From the NCBI RefSeq assembly GCF_009914755.1, contig NC_060928.1: 64,000 nucleotides of DNA. One strand, given 5' to 3'. Of the stretch, positions 55,520 through 64,000 are shown in pieces. The notes under the pieces are model-generated. The model ran no database searches, had not been told where the DNA came from, and saw only the letters and a program-made list of their open reading frames with translations. This stretch comes from the human T2T-CHM13v2.0 reference genome, Homo sapiens. A program made the position numbers and the translations under genes. Position 1 is the first letter of the stretch. Every line of letters begins with the position of its first letter.

Positions 55520-56100
55520 GCACCTGATTGCCGACACCATCTCTGGCCTCATTCCAACCCATTCTCCACATTGAGGTCAGTGTTTTATAAAACACAGATA
55601 TGATCAAGTTACTCATAGGTTGAAAACCCTTTCATGGCTTCTCACTGCTTTGTTACCTCAAATGTTTTATTTCGATGGCCCTCCAGGCCCTGGGTCATCT
55701 GGCTCCTGCCTCTCTTCTCTTTGGGCTTCAGCCATGCTGCCTGCATTCCTCCAACTCCCAGTGCCCCTTCTTGCTTCCTCTAAAGCTGCTCACATCTTCT
55801 GTCTCCCCATTTCCTGTCGTCTGTCAGGTGGAAGCTTAGGGAGACCTTCCCTGGACACATCTTGATTAGGTCAGATCTCCTGGTAGGCGCTCTCTCAAAA
55901 CATCAGGTTATTTTCCTTCATAGCCTTTATTACAATTTCATAATTAACACTGTGTGATTGTTTTATTTCTGTCCATCTCCTGGCTAAATTGCAAGTTCCA
56001 TGAGGGCAGAGACCACATCTAATTTGTTCCTCACTGTATTCCTAGTGCCTGGCACAGTGTAGGCATTTATGAAGATGTATTGAACACAATAATGAATAAA
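55520..56100 (+). mobile_element. L2 element 3' portion (contains the donor of the 200-bp duplication)
   Basis: aaaaccctttcatggcttctcactg...agggagaccttccctg...gcaagttccatgagggcagagac...cctagtgcctggcacag. Confidence 0.85.
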
Positions 56101-56146
56101 TATAATTTACAAAAAGCAACAAAGGTTTGAGAACATCTTCTATCAC

Positions 56147-56563
56147 TATGGCAGACTGGTTAGACTCTGATCCCTTAAATTTTCTTCTTCTTGGTACTCT
56201 GGGAGACATCGGTCAGCCTCCCTTTCAGCCAGGTTCTGGGGGCATGCAACTGTATGCAGAAGTGTATGCAGTTCTGGCCTGTATGCAGAAGTGAAATGAG
56301 CCCCTTCCAGGACCAGCAACGGAGCCTCTCCAATCTTCTATACCACTCTTTTCCCCAGCAGTATGGTCAGAAGTTGAAGAGCCCAAGGTGTGGAGCCACC
56401 TAGGGGAAGCAACCCAAGCCCCTGAGTTACCTGTTGGTTAAGTGGGCTGCTTGAACCATGCTATGCTTGGCTTGAGTGAGAAAATTAAATTTTATTAGGT
56501 AAAGCCACTTTATAATTTGCAATTTTTATTACGGTGGCTAGATTTAATTACATTGGTTAATAC
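56147..56563 (+). mobile_element. MLT1 (J/I-like) MaLR solo LTR
   Basis: gcagaagtg...ttccagg...ggagccac...gagtgagaaa...taaagccact...taatac. Confidence 0.65.
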
Positions 56564-56984
56564 GACTGCTTATTTCACTAACTTGTTTCTCCATCTGGAT
56601 ATAAAGTGGCGCTAACTGCACTAGCAATGCTGTCACTCATTGGAAGTTAAAGTCCGGAAGTTTACCACCAATAAAAGAAGGCTCTGATTAAAGAAGAAAG
56701 TAAGGATTTTAAAATTAGTTCTACTGAGTATTTCTCCTCATCTTTTAGTCAAAGAGAAGGAATTTCTAAAAGTCAAAGATGTAATAAAGAAAGAAGATAC
56801 AGAAAAGATCTGAACATACTAAAAAATGAGATGAGGCCATTAAAGAATAATGACTGGTCCCTCAATTAGATCTAATTTTTCTAAAGAGCCCAAACCTACA
56901 GGTCAGACATTCAGCACCAGACCTCCTTTCTTGTAAGAAAAGCACAATAGGGAATCTAATTATTTTTAAAATGCAAAAATATGA

Positions 56985-57380
56985 CATTATTCCCCTTCTT
57001 AAAACCTTTCAGAAGCTTTCCATTGCTTTTACTAATAAAATCTAAGTTCCTTCATGCTGCAAGACCACACATGATTAGGTCACTACCCACAACTCAACTC
57101 TGCCTCTCTCTCCCCTTACTCTCTTCACTCCAGATACACTAACTTTCTTTTAGTGTCTGGAACTTTGAGGGTTTCCTCCACCTTATGGCCTCTGCACATG
57201 CTGCTCTCCCTACCTAATTCCTGCTCATCTTTCAGTTCTCAGCTTAACAAGAAAAATTAAAAACAAAATCTTTCCCAGTCCTCTAAATTAGCGCAGAATC
57301 TTGATTGCTCGTTACGAACTTCTTGTCACATGTCCCAGTGACTGGCATCTAGTACATTCTCAACAATCATTCATTCACTG
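56985..57380 (+). mobile_element. L2 fragment
   Basis: ttaaaacctttcagaagctttccattgc...ggcctctgcacatgctgct...ctcatctttcagttctcagctt. Confidence 0.75.
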
Positions 57381-57699
57381 ATGAGTCAAAAGGCCACTGG
57401 AGATTAAAGAATAACAAGAAAATAAAGACTGTGCATTATCAACTGGAATACTCTTGAATTGATCTTCCCTTGAGATGTTTGCGATCTTAAATTTTCCAGC
57501 TACTGACAGATCCTTGATCCTTTAGGTAGGACAGTGGGGCAGTCTTCAACTTAAACCCCAAATGGTAATTGAGACTTATACAATGAGCATTTTGTAAAGA
57601 TGGCTAAAATGAAAGTGAAGAAGTCTGTTCTTGGTTCACTTTCAGGTGATTTTAGGTCAACAATTGAAACAAAATTAGTTACAAGTGACCCTAAAGGTA

Positions 57700-58350
<651 letters not shown>

Positions 58351-58369
58351 GAAAACAGAGATCCCACTG

Positions 58370-59410
58370 GTCAACACCCTGCAGTGATTCTATCACAGCC
58401 TATAGGATAAGGTCTAAATTCTCAGCAAGGCATACAAAGCTCTTTGTAATCTACTCCCCAATCAGATGCCCTCATCTCAACTCCTGACGCTCAGCACTTG
58501 CGCACTGTGCTCCGATCATATGGCACTCCCTCAAGTTCTCTAGAAATGCCATCCCATTGCTCACCTCCATGTTTCTGCATCCGCTTTTCCTCTGCCTAGA
58601 GAGGACTCGGCCTGCTGTCCACCCAACACCCTCCTGTTCCTCAGGGAATGGCTCCGCTTCTCTGGGGCTGAGTCAGGAGCATCTTCCCCTTGTTTCCCTT
58701 CTATTTTCTTTTTAAAAAATTTTAAATTAATACATAGTAGATGTATATATTTTCAGGGTACATGTGATAATTTAATGCATTCTGATAATTTTTAAAGATC
58801 AAATCAGTATAATTGGAATATTTACCACCTTAAATATTTGTCTAATTCTTTCAAAGAATTAGAATTATTCTTTGTCGCTATTTTGAAATACACAGTAGAG
58901 TATAATAAACTATAGTCACCCTCTGGTCTCTGAAACACTAAGTCTTATTTCTTCTATCAAGCTGTATATTGGTATCCATTCATCAGTGTCTCTTCATCCT
59001 CCCCTCCTCACTACCTTTTCCGGCCTCTGGTAACCACCCATCTAGTCCCTGTCTTCATGAGATCCACATAAGCTCCCATGTATAAGTGATAACATGTACT
59101 ATTTGTCTTTCTGTGCTTGGCTTATTTCACTTAGTAACCTGCAGTTCCATCCATGCAAATGACAGGATTTCATTCTCTTTTATGACAGAATAATATTCCC
59201 CTGTGTATTTTTCATATGTCTTATAATTTATGACCAGAATTAGCATTCTGCATTTTAGTTGACTTTTTACATGTCCGCTTCTCCCCCTAGACTTAAGGCT
59301 TCTAGAGGGCAGAATTTTGTATTAATCAGCTCTATACCCTTAAGTCCTGTCATGGTGCCTATCACACAGAAGGTACCTGATAAATATTTGCGAAGTTTGA
59401 ATTGAAAAAT
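58370..59410 (+). mobile_element. L2 element split by an L1MA insertion
   Basis: aggataaggtctaaattctcagcaaggcatacaaagctc... on the left; ctccccctagac...gagggcag...gtgcctatcacacag...aaatatttg on the right. Confidence 0.7.
58705..59208 (-). mobile_element. L1MA (MA4/5-like) 3' end
   Basis: gggtacatgtgata...gatcaaatcag...ctctggtaaccacc...tctgtgcttggcttatttcactta...aatgacaggatttcattc. Confidence 0.88.
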
Positions 59411-59559
59411 ATGCAGTAAGACATATAACAGGTAGCAAAGAACAAGAGGACATTTTAACTAATGTTTCATTTAAAGAAACTAAATCCTTCTAGAATATAA
59501 GAAGCCAGAGACAGATGAAGTAAAGAAAGAAAATGATTAGCTTAGAAAAAAAAAAAAGA

Positions 59560-59869
59560 GTTTTTTTTTTGTTTGTTTTTGTTTTTGAGACAGAGTCTCA
59601 CTCTATCACCCAGGCTGGAGTACAGTGGCACAATCACAGCTGCTTAGCAGCCTTGACCTCCTGGGCTTAAGCGATCCTTCTACCTCAGCCTACCCAGTAG
59701 CTGGGACTTCAGGCATGCATCACCATGGCTGGCTAATTTTAGTATTTTTTGTAGAGACAAGATCTCCCTATGTTGCCTGGACTGGTTTCAAACTCCCGGG
59801 TTCAAGCAATCTGTCCACTTCGGCCTCCCAAAGTGCTGGGATTACAGGTGTGAGCCATTGTCCCTGGCC
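59560..59869 (-). mobile_element. AluJ
   Basis: cagccttgacctcctgggcttaagcgatcct. Confidence 0.92.
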
Positions 59870-60004
59870 TGAAGTCCAACTTTTAAAAGTTAACAGATCG
59901 AGGGGAGAGAAGCAGCAATAACAATAATGAAGGAGTTTGTGTTTGTGAGTTGTAAGGCATGAGCTAGACCAGGATATTCACCACAATATCAGTAATAACA
60001 CCTA

Positions 60005-60220
60005 ATTGTGGTACCTAACATTTACTGGGTGCTTCCTATCTACTAGGCAATTTGCATTCGTTATTAGATTTAATCTTTATGGCAGCCCTTTGAAGGTCTG
60101 TCATTATTCTCCATTTTATGTATCAGGAAACTGATGTTCCAAAAGCGTAACTTGCTAGGGTCACACAGACAGGATGTGGCTCAGCTCAGATTTTAATCCA
60201 GGCCCATGAGATTCCAGTGG
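60005..60220 (-). mobile_element. MIR SINE
   Basis: ctaacatttactgggtgctt...ccattttatgtatcaggaaactga...ggtcacacag. Confidence 0.82.
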
Positions 60221-61817
60221 GACTGTGATCAGTGACACTCTCCAAAGAGCACCTTGGAAGCCCACATAATGGTGGACGACAGGCAGAAAAGTGGCATGGC
60301 CTCTCTCCCCTGTGTTCACTTATAGCATTTAAACGTTCACAGCTGGAGAGCTACCCTTGGGAAATGATGCCTGGGAGTCCTGAGGGTTTGGAAAGTTGCC
60401 TAAAAACAGGCCCATTACAAAACCACATATGAAGCTGTGTGGTGATTTCCTGTAAGGTATTCATCCCAGCACTTACTAGGATAAAAAAGAACCACCCTGG
60501 AGGAACCCACAGGTTGACAGATCTGAGGGAACAGCTACCAATGACTACATGCCAAAAATAAAAATAAAAAGGAGAGAGAAAAAAGAATGAAACAGGACTC
60601 ACCAGAGTCTTATGATGGGTACATGGCTCCCTCTGCAACCCACAACAAACATTAGAGTAAACGCCCTGGCACACCAAATGCCATCTGGTTTATTTTAGGC
60701 AATCTTGGGCACAGTATATTTAGTGTGGCTTCCTAGGGTCTGGGTATTGGAGTGTGTGCCCACTTGCTCAGACTCTCTCCTGACTGGCTGCAGTGAAAAT
60801 GAGCTCGCTGGCCAGAGCAGACCACCATCAGAAGAGCCACCCGCCTCTTAGAGATGCTTCATGTGGTTCTCTCCTAGCCCCAGCACTTAACTGCAAAGGA
60901 AGGAAAATAAAGTACCCCAAAATGAACATGTGTATCCTGGGCACTTTTACCAAATTATGCTGCCAGATTTTTTCTATGTTATTCCCCAAGATACCTTCCA
61001 AAACCAACATTTCCAGGGTGTCCTGTGACTTTGTAACGTAGCTTTTTTTTTTTTTTTTCAGGTCATAGGGGAAGGCAAACAGACACATTTTTTACATTGA
61101 CAGGCCTAGAAAAATAACAATGACTGCCTGTATTATACAATGGGGCCTTGTATTTTTACAGCTAAGCTGCATTAAAATACAGCCAGTGGACCTAGACTAA
61201 ATCAATTTAATGACCTCAGGTGAGGACCCGGGGGAATGTCCATTCTCACAGTAAATCCCAACCATTCAGCCTTAGCCTCAGCCACAGTTTAGGACTGGGC
61301 TTCATCAAGTCTCAAAAATGGTAATGTGAAATGTATATGTTTTGCCTCTCAAATAAAGGACCACTCCTGGAAGTCAGGAAAGAGTAGATTTTATAGGGAT
61401 AGGCTAATTATGTTTTATCCACAACAAATTCATTTATATATCTAACTTTTTTTTTTCCAAGTATTGTTCAATCAGATTACAAAATCATACATGAAAATTA
61501 GCTTGGACAAAACTAGTAGAGTAGGGTGAACTGTCATGACTTCATTCTAGAGATAGATTTTTCAGAATATATTGTACATTTCTTTCTAATTGTTCAGTTT
61601 CTCTAGTAAAGCACCACTTTTAGCCACCAATAACTTATGTTTCGACATCCCCCACTCTTCAGTTTTAGATCCTTGTATAAATTGGAACACAGTGATGAAA
61701 GAGGAAGAGGGATAGGGGCACTGAGTGGGGAGACCAAAGGATGAAGAAGGAAGAGTAATAATGAGGAAGGAGATACTGGGAAAAGGAGGAAAGTCTGACA
61801 AAGACAAAAATATCACA

Positions 61818-62608
<791 letters not shown>

Positions 62609-63133
62609 AAAGACAATTATCAGGAACAGGGTGCTTGCTTATAAAAGAAAGAAGTAGGTATGTGCCATTCAAGATAGGGAGGGAGAATAATTAGAGGCCT
62701 CTCATTACTTTCCCAAATGTGGTAGAGCATAAAAATAAAGCCATGCATACCTTGTGCTGTGTTAGCAGCCAAAATGTAACGTTACCAACACCAGCATCTG
62801 GCAGGGAAAGGGCAGTGCAGAGATCAGCAGGAACTTGATGCCAGCTTACAAGAGGAGATTGCTTAGAGGGTAGAAAAGTACTGAGCACTCTCAATAAAAG
62901 CCATCTCGGAAAGTCAAGCAGAAGGGAATCTCCCCTTCATCCTCGGCAACTTCCATTGTAAATAAGGCTATCAGATAAAATCTGACCATTCAATAGACAG
63001 CTACATTTATTACTAACTTAGCTAATTACAAATCTAATTACAAATATGATTAATTTTAACATTCTATCTTAAATAATGTTAAGGCAGAGGTGATAATTTT
63101 ATTATGTGCTACTATTATAGAGATTATTATTAA

Positions 63134-63263
63134 TGTTTTGCTAAATATAACATTAATTCAAATATTTTCTTTTTTATGCCTATGAGTTGGGGAATTAATG
63201 TTATATCCCCAACTCATATAGGCATAAAAAAAGATTTGAATTAATGTTATAGTTAGTAAAACA
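63134..63263. repeat. Inverted repeat with arms of about 60 bp and a 12-nt spacer
   Basis: 63134-63193 is the reverse complement of 63206-63263 apart from 2 mismatches and two small indels. Confidence 0.95.
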
Positions 63264-63399
63264 AAAGTATGTTTTTAATATATCAGACAGTCAGACAACT
63301 ATATAGTTAACTGTATATTTAGCTTCAAATACATATAATGTCTCGGGGAAAGTAGCCATTTTAAGTATATGCAGAATTTTAGGACCAAAGTCCATATAG

Positions 63400-63560
63400 C
63401 AGTGGGCTGGCTGCACATTGGTATCACCTGGAAAGCTTTAAAAATTGCTATTTTCTAGGCCAATCCCTGTGCACTGACACCAGAATCTCTGAATCAGGCA
63501 CTGATAGTTTTAAAGACTGATAGGAAATTCCAATTTTCAGTCACAGTTCAAATTTATTGT
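63400..63560. mobile_element. MER5 (A/B) hAT-Charlie fossil
   Basis: ggctgcacattggtatcacctggaaagctttaaaaat...cagaatctctg...ttttaaa. Confidence 0.75.
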
Positions 63561-64000
63561 TAAAAAGGAAAGCAAAATTGCCCCTAACAATCTGCCCCTT
63601 AACTGAATCTTTTGGTTTCGATCTCTGGGTTTGGGTCCTTTATCAATTGCTTAAGACACAATGGTTGAGAACTCTCAGATAAGTGTGGAAGACTGAATAT
63701 ACAAGTTTATATCTGCTTATCCCCAGAACCCCAGGAAAACTGACAGTAAAGCAGTAAAAACAGGTACCACAAAGAAAATACGACAGGAGATATACTTGAT
63801 GCAAGATAAAACGAGCCTTTTGGAAGATGGAAAGCACACAGACAAGTGGCAAGTAACTTGGAGCTGAGAAAACCATCAAGTAGCATGCCACTCAGTGCCA
63901 CAGCATCTCAGAATTGCTCAGGAATCGCGGTACCAGGAGCTGATGGCAAGGGTGTAGAGTAGAGCCAAGTGAGAGAAATGATTGCAAGTTTCTACTAGAA

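Noticed and set aside
53617-55865. Two near-identical ORFs (MFYFDGPPGPGSSG...) resembling paralogous genes
   Set aside because: By-product of the 200-bp L2-derived duplication; no splice or coding signature

Overview
Primate (most likely human or great-ape) non-coding DNA. I find no supportable protein-coding exon, RNA gene or CpG island. The window is a mosaic of interspersed repeats: 15 Alus (J and S subfamilies), a 5'-truncated, inactivated L1PA7-like element (about 5.8 kb) nested in an old L1M, shorter L1PA/L1MA/L1ME pieces, many L2 and MIR remnants, MaLR/ERVL solo LTRs (MST, MLT1, LTR33, LTR16) and hAT-Charlie DNA-transposon fossils (MER1, MER3, MER5, MER102, MER103). The long ORFs in the track come from L1, Alu, MER1 or low-complexity DNA. 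Most L1 sequence lies on the + strand, weakly suggesting a large intron of a minus-strand gene. I see no new multi-gene system. The most interesting items are structural: (1) a 200-bp, 97.5%-identical templated copy of 55657-55856 inserted inside an AluJ 2 kb upstream; (2) a 5'-Alu/3'-L1PA8 fusion inside one apparent target-site duplication (TSD), carrying a de novo 16-mer array; (3) a candidate 15-nt minus-strand microexon at 1082-1096; (4) a 60-bp-arm non-TE hairpin at 63.1-63.3 kb; (5) an L1-in-L1 inverted repeat at 41 kb. Repeat family and subfamily calls come from recalled consensus features, not a database search, and boundaries of old repeats are approximate.
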